64,000 bases of DNA. It comes from Klebsiella phage KpLz-2_45. Of this stretch, positions 49,384-58,143 are shown in pieces; the stretch's first letter is position 1, and every line of letters starts with the position of its first letter. The stretch lies in sequence record MN871446.1. One strand, given 5' to 3'. Made by a program: the position numbers and the translations under genes. Under the pieces are notes generated by a model. The model worked only from the letters and a program-made list of their open reading frames with translations, ran no database searches and had not been told where the DNA came from.

Positions 49384-51348
49384 ATGTTTAATTTTGCTAA
49401 AGCCGCATTTGGAATGGTTGAAGTAGAAGAATCGAACGGAAAGATTAAGATCACCGCTATTCGTTCTAAGGACGCTTTAGGGGAAATTTATAATACCTGG
49501 CGTACCTCTCGTATCGAACAAAGTATGTTCACTAAGATTACGCCTTACAGTATCGAATTTTACAGTTTCTTCGCGGTAGAGTTTGTTTACATTCTCGATC
49601 AGATTATCGCCAAACAGGGGCGAAGTATGATTGCGAAGAAAACATTGAAACAAGTGAAAGAAGGTATTCTCACTAATACTTGGATGCGGTCTACTCAGGT
49701 AGATCACGACCCTATTTTGGATCGCAGTAAACTGAGCCTGTTTACCAAAAGCCCGCTGCGCCATCAAATGGAATTCATTGATCATTACGATACTGTTGTT
49801 CCTAAATGGCAGCTCAGCGGTTACTGTATGGCTATGAATACTGGGTCCGGGAAAACCTTGTCTTCGTTAATGATCGCAGAAATGCTCAATGTTGATATCA
49901 TTATCATGGTATCATTAAAAGCGTCTATTTATCGTGTCTGGGAAGATGCGATGCAAAATGATTACAAAAAGACGCCTGAGTACTGGGTTCAGGCACGAGA
50001 TGGATCATTGCCCTCGGGAACATTACCGAAGTATTTAATCTACCATATGGAAGCTATTGGTAAATTACTGGAAGATTCCGGGCGATTCACTGGTAAGAAA
50101 ATTGCATTAATACTCGACGAATCTCACAAACTGAATGAGCTTAGTTCTCAGCGCACTCAAGATATTTTACAATTTTGTAAGCGTATACAACCCGTTACAA
50201 CGCTATGGGCTTCCGCAACACCGATCAAAGCGTATGGTTCAGAAGCTATCCCAATGCTGGCGACGTTTGATAAGATGATGACGTTAGAGGCCATGGAAGC
50301 CTTTAAGAAACTATACGGGAAGTCAAGTAAAAAATGTTTTGACATCATACGTCATCGTATGGGCAATGTCATGTTTAAAGTGGAAATTGTTAAAACCAAC
50401 CCAATCATCGAGAATGTTCCGATCAAACTGAAAGACCCGGATAGGTTTTTACTGTCTACGTTGAAAATGGACATGAAAGACTATATTCTGGAGCGGATTG
50501 AGTACTGGAAAAAACTTGAGCCGCAAGTTAAGTTAGGTTACTATTCTGGCGTAGACAAATATGCTCGTACTGTTAAGACTAAAGAACAAGAAGCTCAACT
50601 AAAACAATACCGACGTTTTGTTGAGCAAATCTCTAAAACCACCGATTACCAAATGGTGAAAGAAGAGATGATGTTCTGTAATAAGTTTGAAAAGAATTTA
50701 ATCGAGCCCTTGCTGCGCGGAGAAGATTTAAAGAATTTCCGTAGTTACAAATCAGTGATCAAATATTTACCGTTAAAAGTTCGTGGTGAGTGTTTAGGTA
50801 ACGTCGTAGGGAAGCGCAGAGAAGAAGTTACACTTGCTTTAATTGCGGAGTGTGATCTTCCTAAATACATTAAAGCGGCAGAGAAGAAAACTATCATTTT
50901 TACTAGCTACGTGAAAGCGGTAGAAATGACAGAAAACTATCTGGTGTCGAAAGGATTCAAACCTGTAACCGTTTACGGGGAAGGTGAGGATTTAACTAAA
51001 CAAGTGAAGCGATTCTTTGATGATAGTAGTATTAACCCATTGATTGCAACCTATCAAAGTTTATCTACTTCGGTTCCCTTGATCGCAGCGAACGTTATTT
51101 TAGCCATCAACGCGCCATTCCGCGATTACATCATGGAACAGGCTATCGGTCGTATCGACCGTATTAACCAAAGTGCCCAAACCTATGTCTTTAAGTTCTA
51201 TTTGGAGACATCGGAACCTAACATCAGTAGTCGAACACTTGATATCTTAACCTGGTCGGAAGAACAAGTGAACCAAATACTTGGTGTGAAAGAGGAGGCG
51301 GTAGCCCTGGAAGCTTGGTCACTTGAAGCCATTCCGCAATACACGTAG
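49384..51348 (+). CDS. superfamily 2 (DExH-type) helicase, 654 aa
   Basis: Motif I MNTGSGKTLSS. Motif II LILDESHKL. Motif III WASATPI. Motif VI QAIGRIDRINQ. Confidence 0.8.
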   Translation: MFNFAKAAFGMVEVEESNGKIKITAIRSKDALGEIYNTWRTSRIEQSMFTKITPYSIEFYSFFAVEFVYILDQIIAKQGRSMIAKKTLKQVKEGILTNTWMRSTQVDHDPILDRSKLSLFTKSPLRHQMEFIDHYDTVVPKWQLSGYCMAMNTGSGKTLSSLMIAEMLNVDIIIMVSLKASIYRVWEDAMQNDYKKTPEYWVQARDGSLPSGTLPKYLIYHMEAIGKLLEDSGRFTGKKIALILDESHKLNELSSQRTQDILQFCKRIQPVTTLWASATPIKAYGSEAIPMLATFDKMMTLEAMEAFKKLYGKSSKKCFDIIRHRMGNVMFKVEIVKTNPIIENVPIKLKDPDRFLLSTLKMDMKDYILERIEYWKKLEPQVKLGYYSGVDKYARTVKTKEQEAQLKQYRRFVEQISKTTDYQMVKEEMMFCNKFEKNLIEPLLRGEDLKNFRSYKSVIKYLPLKVRGECLGNVVGKRREEVTLALIAECDLPKYIKAAEKKTIIFTSYVKAVEMTENYLVSKGFKPVTVYGEGEDLTKQVKRFFDDSSINPLIATYQSLSTSVPLIAANVILAINAPFRDYIMEQAIGRIDRINQSAQTYVFKFYLETSEPNISSRTLDILTWSEEQVNQILGVKEEAVALEAWSLEAIPQYT

Positions 51349-51372
51349 CAAAAAAAAAGAATATAGCGGATA

Positions 51373-51404
51373 GTTTCCCTACTGCCACTAGGCAGTAGGG
51401 AAAC
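51373..51404. terminator. bidirectional intrinsic terminator (GTTTCCCTACTGCC-acta-GGCAGTAGGGAAAC) between convergent genes
   Basis: 14-bp stem flanked by an A9 run on the 5' side and TTATATTAGTTTG on the 3' side. Confidence 0.7.
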
Positions 51405-51409
51405 TTATA

Positions 51410-51793
51410 TTAGTTTGCGTCTGTCAAATCAAGGAATTCAATTCCCATGAAAACACAGAGAGAAGGGTTAGTAGTCGATGAGTTAGCGTACATGACCCGT
51501 ATACGCGTATCATTGAATCGTGAGACGGCCGCGGTAAACTCGATAGGGTGAATGTATTGCTCTGGACGAACCGGGTTCTTGAACGCTTTAGGGAACGCTG
51601 GGGGAAGGTTATCAACCTGATCGTAATTCCATTCTCCCATCGCCGCGTATGTCTTGAGCATGATCGCCGCTTTTTGTTTGGCTTCCGCGACACACGGTTT
51701 AGCATATTTAACATCAGGCGATGCGTATCCTTCTGCTGCAAAGGAGGTGGCGGAAATGACGGAGAGAATCAACGCGATAAAAATGTTTTTCAT
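51410..51793 (-). CDS. small secreted/periplasmic protein with N-terminal signal peptide (MKNIFIALILSVISATSFAAEG...), 127 aa
   Basis: Classic signal peptide (basic residue, hydrophobic core, AxA-like cleavage site). Function unknown. Confidence 0.65.
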   Translation of the reverse strand: MKNIFIALILSVISATSFAAEGYASPDVKYAKPCVAEAKQKAAIMLKTYAAMGEWNYDQVDNLPPAFPKAFKNPVRPEQYIHPIEFTAAVSRFNDTRIRVMYANSSTTNPSLCVFMGIEFLDLTDAN

Positions 51794-51834
51794 TTATGAA
51801 TTCCTTATTGACTGAAGTAAGTAGGAGGGGGTGT

Positions 51835-52380
51835 TTAAACACTAACGGCGAAATTAACCATGCCAAGTTCTAAAATTATTTCAGCCAACTTTTTACAGTT
51901 AGCGTAACTTGAATGTTCAAACGTACGAACCATGTCGATGGTTAAGCCATCGATGTTTTCATAGTCTTTCACGTTGAAGGTTTTAAAATTAACTTTACCT
52001 GCATCCGGGTCGTTAACGTAATCAGGTTTAACTGGCAAAACAGAATCGATAATGTCGGAATAAAGTTCCTTAATTACACTCACCGCCATTGCGTCAGTAT
52101 CGTAGCTACTAGTCTCAGTGATGATAGGTCCGATAAAATACAACGTTCCGTCATTGATGCCATAGCTAAAGGCTTGGACGCCGAGTGCTTCAAAAAATTT
52201 TAAGAAGTGACCCCAATGTTCATTTTCATTGTTTTCACGATACGTGTGCGTCGGACAAAATTTGTATTCAATACCCTTATTGTAATGAAAATTACAGTCT
52301 TTAATCTCTGACCCCAAAAATATTTTTGCACACGCTTCAACATATTTTTCGATTACGACTTCAGTTAATTTAATCCGCAT
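51835..52380 (-). CDS. hypothetical protein, 181 aa; tandem paralog of 52455..53099
   Basis: Shares motifs CNFHYNKGIEYKF versus CNFYYTNMYDFKF, and GVQAFSYGINDGTLYFIGPIITE versus GVKGFSYCFDRNELYFISPIISE. Confidence 0.7.
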   Translation of the reverse strand: MRIKLTEVVIEKYVEACAKIFLGSEIKDCNFHYNKGIEYKFCPTHTYRENNENEHWGHFLKFFEALGVQAFSYGINDGTLYFIGPIITETSSYDTDAMAVSVIKELYSDIIDSVLPVKPDYVNDPDAGKVNFKTFNVKDYENIDGLTIDMVRTFEHSSYANCKKLAEIILELGMVNFAVSV

Positions 52381-52454
52381 TTTAAATTCCTTAATATTAG
52401 TTTAGTTTGTTTATATTCACTAAATGAAAAATAAATTTCACTTTGACCGGAAAC

Positions 52455-53099
52455 TTAGCCACTGTACTCGATGGAAGTAATGCCAAGATCTCGATAGAGA
52501 CTGGCCGCTTTAAGCGCTTCGAAATACGTTAAGGTATCAAACCTTTCACCGAGAGCGTGAGCAAATTCGGTCGCAGAAGCGTAGCGCTGTGGACAGAACT
52601 CTTTGTAGAATAACCGCTGCTGTTCTGCGATATCGAAATGGCTCGCGGCACAATTACGAAGATACGGTTCGGTGAATAGTTCCCGTATCGTAACTATCGC
52701 GGTTGTATTAACTCGATGTGACGGAGCTTCGCTAATGATCGGGCTGATAAAGTAAAGTTCATTGCGGTCAAAGCAATAACTGAAACCTTTGACGCCGATG
52801 AGATTAAGGTGGTAAAGAAAGTTTTCCCAGGGTGTCTTTTCACCTGGGGTTGGTGCAGACGTCGACTGGAACTTAAAGTCGTACATGTTGGTGTAATAAA
52901 AATTACACGCTGTGACATTCTCAGATAAAAATCTTTTCGCGGCGAGTTCAACGTGTTTCTTAACTTGGTCTTCTGTCAGGACAGTGTTCATTTCCTTTCC
53001 TTTGTTATCGGATTTCAATAGCGTGATATATACACAAAACAGATTGGAGACTGATGTCTCCAATCTGTCAGTTATAAGTAAGGTTTTACTACCGCCCAT
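52455..53099 (-). CDS. hypothetical protein, 214 aa; tandem paralog of 51835..52380
   Basis: See the paralog motifs listed for 51835..52380. Confidence 0.7.
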   Translation of the reverse strand: MGGSKTLLITDRLETSVSNLFCVYITLLKSDNKGKEMNTVLTEDQVKKHVELAAKRFLSENVTACNFYYTNMYDFKFQSTSAPTPGEKTPWENFLYHLNLIGVKGFSYCFDRNELYFISPIISEAPSHRVNTTAIVTIRELFTEPYLRNCAASHFDIAEQQRLFYKEFCPQRYASATEFAHALGERFDTLTYFEALKAASLYRDLGITSIEYSG

Positions 53100-53303
53100 C
53101 TTTCTTCTTCTGTTAGTTCGTCTAAATCACGACTAGTCGACCCTCTGCTGAAGTTACGACTAAACTTCTCACCTGCTTTATCATCGTCTCCCAAACAAAC
53201 AAATTCGTAGGGAAGTAATAATAACTGTTGTTTCAGTTGAGGGGAAAGGTCAGAACCTAATGCGCTCCAGCTATTTAAGTCCAGGACATGAAGACTGGCT
53301 GAT

Positions 53304-53573
53304 TTAAAGACAGACTCCGTTAAGAATACGGGACCGGGTTTCAGTTCTAATTTCTAAACCAAAAACACCGGCATTACCAAGAAGTCTCGTGAAATAACGG
53401 GCTTCTTTTGGGTTCTTTGTTTTCTTGGGGGCGTCGGGTGTATATACCTGATAACCGCGCAGTTTATAATCGAAACCAAACAAAGGTACGGTAAGACTGG
53501 TTTCTGTTAACCAATTAGTCGGGTAGCGGTTTACGTCGTAATGACGTTCGAGCAAGTGTTCGGTTAAGTTCAT
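53304..53573 (-). CDS. hypothetical protein, 89 aa
   Basis: ORF. Confidence 0.5.
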   Translation of the reverse strand: MNLTEHLLERHYDVNRYPTNWLTETSLTVPLFGFDYKLRGYQVYTPDAPKKTKNPKEARYFTRLLGNAGVFGLEIRTETRSRILNGVCL

Positions 53574-53680
53574 GACTTGGTCTCTCTTTTATCTTGAGCT
53601 GAGTGTTTTCATACGGGTTTGCAGTAACTGCGGAAAACAGATTTAATCTTTGCATCCCGATAAAAATAGTAAGTGCGTTC

Positions 53681-53881
53681 TTAGCGAACATAATTCCTCC
53701 TTTGGTTTAATTCTGTTCTGGTCGGTTTTTCAGCATCGATAGGTTCTAGCCAAAAATGTTTACATTCCCTACATTCCCAAGTTATTTCATTGTCGTCCTC
53801 ATCGTATACTTGAGAGCAGTGCATAGCTTGGCACATAGGGCAATCCATCCCGGTCCACTGGAACGTCATGGTTTTGCACAC
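53681..53881 (-). CDS. small Cys-rich zinc-ribbon protein, 66 aa
   Basis: C-x2-C ... C-x2-C spacing (CPMCQ ... CRECKH). Confidence 0.5.
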   Translation of the reverse strand: MCKTMTFQWTGMDCPMCQAMHCSQVYDEDDNEITWECRECKHFWLEPIDAEKPTRTELNQRRNYVR

Positions 53882-54342
53882 AGGTATTTGGTCTGCTCCA
53901 GGAAACCCTGAGACTCATAGAATTTCTGGGCAGTGGTGTTGTACAGGTGGACGGACAAACTAACTTGATCAACGGCTAAATGCTTTGCGAACATCCTAAC
54001 CTGATTCAGTAATGCTTTACCGTAACCATTACGACGGTATAGGCGTTTAACGTAAAGATAACTGATCGACATCCAGTTAATGCTGCCATTAGCGATAGGG
54101 TGCGTATACTCAACAAACCCTACGACATTCTCTTTATCCACTACCAGAAGAATGTTAGTTTGGTCAGTCCAACGATCAACGAGTCTTTCTGTTTTTAACT
54201 CGTTAGTAAGGATGTCGAGATTACTTCTCGATTTCCATAAAGTCGCTTCATTTTTATCCATGACATGAAACATGTCTAAAAGTTCTTTTTCATACTTGAT
54301 AGCTTCCGGATCTTCAGGACCCAGTAATAAAACAAATTCCAT
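53866..54342 (-). CDS. GNAT-family N-acetyltransferase, 158 aa
   Basis: Motifs VGFVEY, RRNGYGKALL (R-x-x-G-x-G/A) and FYESQGF. Confidence 0.7.
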   Translation of the reverse strand: MEFVLLLGPEDPEAIKYEKELLDMFHVMDKNEATLWKSRSNLDILTNELKTERLVDRWTDQTNILLVVDKENVVGFVEYTHPIANGSINWMSISYLYVKRLYRRNGYGKALLNQVRMFAKHLAVDQVSLSVHLYNTTAQKFYESQGFLEQTKYLCAKP

Positions 54343-54539
54343 AGTTTCTCTCCTGAATTGATGGCATAAAGGGAAGAGCTTCCGCCCTCCCCTTAGCCCG
54401 ATTATTTGAATGTCTCACGACAAGCAAAGTCGTATTGTTGCCACGCTGATTTCTCAGACGAAGCTACCGCGCTGGCATCGCGATTCGGTTAACAGGTGGT
54501 GCTGTTTACATAATAACAGGTCACCGCTGTTAATTTAAA

Positions 54540-54692
54540 TTAGCTGCCCAGTTTATCGCTAACCTTGTCTTTCACTTCGTTAAATTTTTCCGCTACTTTG
54601 TCCAGCGCCGGATCCATTTTAGCTTTGTGTTTACGATAAACAAAGATCGCAATAATTGCAACTACTACTACACCGAGAATAGTACCGATCAT
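54540..54692 (-). CDS. small membrane protein, 50 aa (MIGTILGVVVVAIIAIFVYRKHKAKMDPALDKVAEKFNEVKDKVSDKLGS)
   Basis: Found by manual translation. N-terminal transmembrane helix followed by a charged tail. Preceded by a terminator and followed by a pair of similar hairpins. Confidence 0.4.
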   Translation of the reverse strand: MIGTILGVVVVAIIAIFVYRKHKAKMDPALDKVAEKFNEVKDKVSDKLGS

Positions 54693-54751
54693 CTTTTTGC
54701 GCCTTCAATTGATGAAAAAGAAAATGTATGGTTCATAAAATTAACAGCATA

Positions 54752-54775
54752 AAGAGAGGGTCTTTCGACCCTCTC
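54752..54775 (-). terminator. intrinsic terminator (AGAGAGGGTC-GAAA-GACCCTCTCT + TTTATGCTGTTAATTTTATG) ending minus-strand transcription from the tRNA region
   Basis: 10-bp perfect stem followed by a U-rich tract on the minus strand. Confidence 0.6.
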
Positions 54776-55815
54776 TCGTACTGACTAATAGTCAAAAGGA
54801 TCTCAGTGTTTAGCTCATAGATGACTTATCGCACATCATCCTTTTCATGTTAAGGTCGCCACCGAAACATGTTTATTCTCGGCTATACGAGTTAGCTTAA
54901 TTTCCAGATTTTTAATACCCGATCCCTTCTACGTTGGAGAAATGGATCGAATAGGGTGACGCCCCCGGACATTTTTGCCGGCTCCTTGCACCTCTTTCGC
55001 CGGAATCCCCGGCTGAGGTCTATGGTCTATGGCCGCCTATTTTCGCTCTAAGGCGTAGGCCGCCGAAATTGACAGGCGTCATAATTAGTACCCCTCGGCC
55101 GATTCCGCGGCGCGTTTAACCGGCGGGTCGCCGAAGTCTTTGTCTCACGAGAGTTACCAATAAGTTATTGCTTATTGGACAAATCATTCGGATACGATTC
55201 CGAACTCCCTTCCTACCGAGCCTCTACTACCGAGCAGGAGTCGAACCTGCACTCTCTGTAAACAATATCACTTGACTAGAGCAGTATTGTAAAGGTTACG
55301 TGGACTTTAAAAGTGTAGAATGGGTATCAGTTAATTTGTTGCGGCCGCATACCGGTAACTGACTTCTTCTACTAGCGCCACCACTGACTCCGGTGTCTCG
55401 CCTAGTGGCGTTGTGCGACCCATTAACTCGCACTCTCTCTTTTAAGTCCAACTTTGGTTGATAGGTACCGAATCGAACGGCTATCTCAGGCTCCCATGTT
55501 AAGGCGCCCCTCGTATGAGAGGGGGCCTAATGCCCGCGCTTTACCTTTAAGCTAGCCTATCATTGAATAGGTTCCCTAGCACTCAATGAGTATCATCTAC
55601 ACCAGCAGCGCCCGGTGTTTAGCCGAGATGCAATTATGCTTAAATGGGTCGTATTTAACGGCTCATTTATTCGTCGATGATTTACGTAGGGATAACAAGG
55701 AGACATCCCCCTCAGCACGCCGAGGTCAACTTTTTCCTTAGGTCAAGATTAACTCTCCGCAACATTAAGTCGCCTGGTTAACCCCTGCCTTTAGTCTAAG
55801 CAAGATGTCATTATT

Positions 55816-55905
55816 TGGCAGAGAGTGAGAGATTCGAACTCTCGGTACCCTTTCGGATACACTCCCTTAGCAGGGGAGCGACTTAAACCGCTCATCCAAC
55901 TCTCT
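55816..55905 (-). tRNA. tRNA-Ser (anticodon GCT), class II, CCA encoded
   Basis: Folds manually: acceptor AGAGAGT/ACTCTCT, anticodon arm CTCCC-CTGCTAA-GGGAG (same sequence as the E. coli Ser-GCU tRNA arm as I recall it), long variable arm, T-arm GAGAG-TTCGAAT-CTCTC. Confidence 0.85.
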
Positions 55906-55912
55906 ATTAAAA

Positions 55913-55989
55913 TGGCGACTCTTCCAGGACTTGAACCTGGGACCTACAGCTTAACAGGCTGCCGTTCTAACCAACTGAACTAAAGAGTC
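55913..55989 (-). tRNA. tRNA-Asn (anticodon GTT), CCA encoded
   Basis: Acceptor GACTCTT/AAGAGTC, anticodon loop CTGTTAA, T-arm CCAGG-TTCAAGT-CCTGG. Confidence 0.85.
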
Positions 55990-55995
55990 ATTATT

Positions 55996-56070
55996 TGGCG
56001 GTGCTACGGAGAATCGAACTCCGGTCTCCTCCGTGACAGGGAGGTATCCTTTCCGCTAGACGATAGCACC
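55996..56070 (-). tRNA. tRNA-Asp (anticodon GTC), CCA encoded
   Basis: Acceptor GGTGCTA/TAGCACC, anticodon arm CCTCC-CTGTCAC-GGAGG, T-arm CGGAG-TTCGATT-CTCCG. Confidence 0.8.
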
Positions 56071-56081
56071 TTTTGTTTGGT

Positions 56082-56178
56082 TGTTCCCTTCCGGATTTGA
56101 ACCGGCAACCTCCTGCTAAGCAGTGGGCGGCGCAGTGGCCGCCGATGCAGGCGCTCTACCTAGTTGAGCTACGAGAAC
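56082..56178 (-). pseudogene. tRNA-Ala-like gene with 30-nt insertion in the anticodon loop (disrupted or intron-containing tRNA); no encoded CCA
   Basis: Minus-strand read GTTCTCG-TA-GCTCAACTAGGTAGAGC-G-CCTGC[ATCGGCGGCCACTGCGCCGCCCACTGCTTA]GCAGG-AGGTT-GCCGG-TTCAAAT-CCGGA-AGGGAAC-A. The backbone resembles enterobacterial tRNA-Ala (..AGAGCGCCTGC..GCAGGAGGT..). The insert contains a perfect hairpin GGCGGC-CACTGC-GCCGCC. Confidence 0.5.
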
Positions 56179-56186
56179 ATTGAATC

Positions 56187-56262
56187 TGGAGCAAGCAGCG
56201 AGGTTCGAACTCGCGACCTATGACTTGGAAGGACATCGCTCTACCAACTGAGCTATACTTGC
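56187..56262 (-). tRNA. tRNA-Gly (anticodon TCC), CCA encoded
   Basis: Acceptor GCAAGTA/TGCTTGC, anticodon loop CTTCCAA, T-arm GCGAG-TTCGAAC-CTCGC. Confidence 0.85.
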
Positions 56263-56340
56263 TTTGAATTTCGTTCATAAGATGATGAAATTACTTAATT
56301 TTTGATCCGCGCACCAGTATTCTCGTTAACCAACGGGGAA

Positions 56341-56796
56341 TTATATCTTTGGTTTCTTATTAGCCTTTTTACAGGCAGCTCTGTAACCGACCGTATCAAA
56401 AATACCATTGATGGAATGTTTAATGATTATACCCTGAGAAAGTCCGGTAAATAACGCGGCATCTCTAATCGTGTCATAGATCCACCCATCAATAACCCAA
56501 CAAGTTCTCCGTTTCACGTCGGCGTAATAATGAACTTCTTTACTATCATGATAATTATCACGATCCGTACCAATAGACAAATGCTCAGGATTACAGCAAC
56601 GGGTGTTATGGCAAGAATGTCTTACTACTTTACCAATTGGCACTGGCCCATAAACTGTAGTGAAGACAAATTTATGAGTTGTCCAATATTTACCGTTCCG
56701 TGTAAACTGGCCGTAACCAGCGCTATTGCAAGATTTATTCCAATTCCAGCAACCGGTTACTTTATCTACCGTTGTATTTTCTTTAATAAATTCCAT
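56341..56796 (-). CDS. HNH homing endonuclease, 151 aa
   Basis: Motif GCWNWNKSCNSAGYGQF...HKFVF...GPVPIGKVVRHSCHNTRCCNPEHLSIGT, the canonical C-W-x-W...G-Y-G...H-x-C-x-N...C-x-N-P-x-H-L HNH signature. It sits between two groups of tRNA genes. Confidence 0.75.
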   Translation of the reverse strand: MEFIKENTTVDKVTGCWNWNKSCNSAGYGQFTRNGKYWTTHKFVFTTVYGPVPIGKVVRHSCHNTRCCNPEHLSIGTDRDNYHDSKEVHYYADVKRRTCWVIDGWIYDTIRDAALFTGLSQGIIIKHSINGIFDTVGYRAACKKANKKPKI

Positions 56797-56894
56797 GTGT
56801 TTATAATCTCTTTCTGTTAATTGTTTATCAACAGAGTGATATATATTTTAAGGAATTTTGGTTGCTCTATCCTGCTGAGCTAAGAGGACGTAGA

Positions 56895-56979
56895 TGGTGC
56901 CCAGGGCGGGGCTCGAACCCGCACGCGATAAAGCGAGGGATTTTAAATCCCTTGTGTCTGCCGATTTCACCACCTGGGC
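56895..56979 (-). tRNA. tRNA-Leu (anticodon TAA), class II, CCA encoded
   Basis: Acceptor GCCCAGG/CCTGGGC, anticodon arm AGGGA-TTTAAAA-TCCCT, T-arm GCGGG-TTCGAGC-CCCGC. Closely resembles E. coli Leu-UAA tRNA. Confidence 0.85.
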
Positions 56980-56984
56980 AAATA

Positions 56985-57060
56985 TGGTGGGTCCAGCAGG
57001 TTTTGAACCTGCGACCAAGCGATTATGAGTCGCCTGCTCTAACCACTGAGCTATGGACCC
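56985..57060 (-). tRNA. tRNA with CAT anticodon; anticodon arm and body match enterobacterial tRNA-Ile2 (ileX, lysidine) rather than elongator/initiator Met
   Basis: GGGTCCA-TA-GCTCAGTGGTTAGAGC-A-GGCGA-CTCATAA-TCGCT-TGGTC-GCAGG-TTCAAAA-CCTGC-TGGACCC-A-CCA. The GGCGACTCATAATCGCTTGGTC block matches E. coli ileX as I recall it. Confidence 0.8.
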
Positions 57061-57279
57061 GAAAACGATGTTTTATTAAGAGCACATAAATGTACCCTTT
57101 GTAAAATACCGTCAGCTCGATTGTTTCTTTTTCTTTCTGAAAGCAAGCTGCACATAAACGGCAATTGCACCAGCAAGAATAATAAGCAGGACAATATCAA
57201 TCAATACGCCTGCCATTCGAAACAACACCAAAAAGATGACGGCCAGTAATATTAACCAGCCGATCTTTTTCAGCATAAC

Positions 57280-58143
57280 TTATTTTCCCGACGCTGTACC
57301 CTGAACGCGCGCAGAGTTCTTCAGAAGAATTGTAGAGGCATCTTCAAGGAACTGGTCGCTGTCGCCTGAGGTATTCGCTACCACCAGGGTTTTAGTGCAA
57401 GGGACTTTTACTGTCGAATTGAAAAGGATGCCCGAGTCGGTTGTTGCTTTTTCGATCGTGTACACCGCTTTACCGTTCGGCAGTTTTGCATCAGCATTCC
57501 AGGAGTTGAAATCAATGATCTCGAGTCCCGAGTCTTTTTGCATGACTGCGTCCAGGAATTTATTATTCCGGTCGGGTGCAGAAACCCAAAGGAACGCGTC
57601 GTATTCGCCAGTATTCACTTTAGCCAGGGAACGGATACCGCCTTTGGCATACGTTTCAACTTTCGCGTAGTTTTTCTCCAATGTCTGGAGATACTGCCAC
57701 GAAGCGTAAGATCCAGAGGTAGGTTCGCCCACAGCGATCTTCGTACCTTCTTTTAAATCACCTTTACTGGTGACCTTACCGTCTTTCTTGACGGCGACAA
57801 AGACGCACTCGCTGGCCAATTCGCCAATGATATCAACGTTCTGTGCTTCATTGGCATGACGCGAACGCCAGAACTGATAGGCATCAGCTTGGGTAAACCC
57901 GATAGTGGCTTCTCCCGAGGCTACACGATCAAGGTTATCGAGTGAGCCTTTAGAAGGGACAACCGAGGTCTGGTAACCGTACTCACCCAGAGCACTGGCT
58001 AAGTTTACACCATAAATGGCGTTATAGGTTAAACCTTGTTGACCGGTGGTAATAACAATTTTGCCATCGGCCGCGGATACGCCAGCACTCATGCAAAGTA
58101 ACGCTACCGAAATCACGGCAAAAGCAAGTTTCTTCATTTGCAT
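57280..58143 (-). CDS. periplasmic solute-binding protein with signal peptide, TAXI-family (TRAP-associated) like, 288 aa from MQMKKLAFAVISVALLCMSAGVSAADG
   Basis: Signal peptide followed by KIVITTGQQGLTYNAIYG, resembling the TAXI consensus (TIGTGGxxGxYY). SD AAGGGA 5 nt before ATG at 58143. The ORF-track start at 58227 is an upstream in-frame extension. Confidence 0.6.
   Translation of the reverse strand: MQMKKLAFAVISVALLCMSAGVSAADGKIVITTGQQGLTYNAIYGVNLASALGEYGYQTSVVPSKGSLDNLDRVASGEATIGFTQADAYQFWRSRHANEAQNVDIIGELASECVFVAVKKDGKVTSKGDLKEGTKIAVGEPTSGSYASWQYLQTLEKNYAKVETYAKGGIRSLAKVNTGEYDAFLWVSAPDRNNKFLDAVMQKDSGLEIIDFNSWNADAKLPNGKAVYTIEKATTDSGILFNSTVKVPCTKTLVVANTSGDSDQFLEDASTILLKNSARVQGTASGK

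Noticed and set aside
56862-57089. 75-aa plus-strand ORF
   Set aside because: Lies entirely over the tRNA-Leu and tRNA-Ile2 genes on the opposite strand and is therefore spurious.
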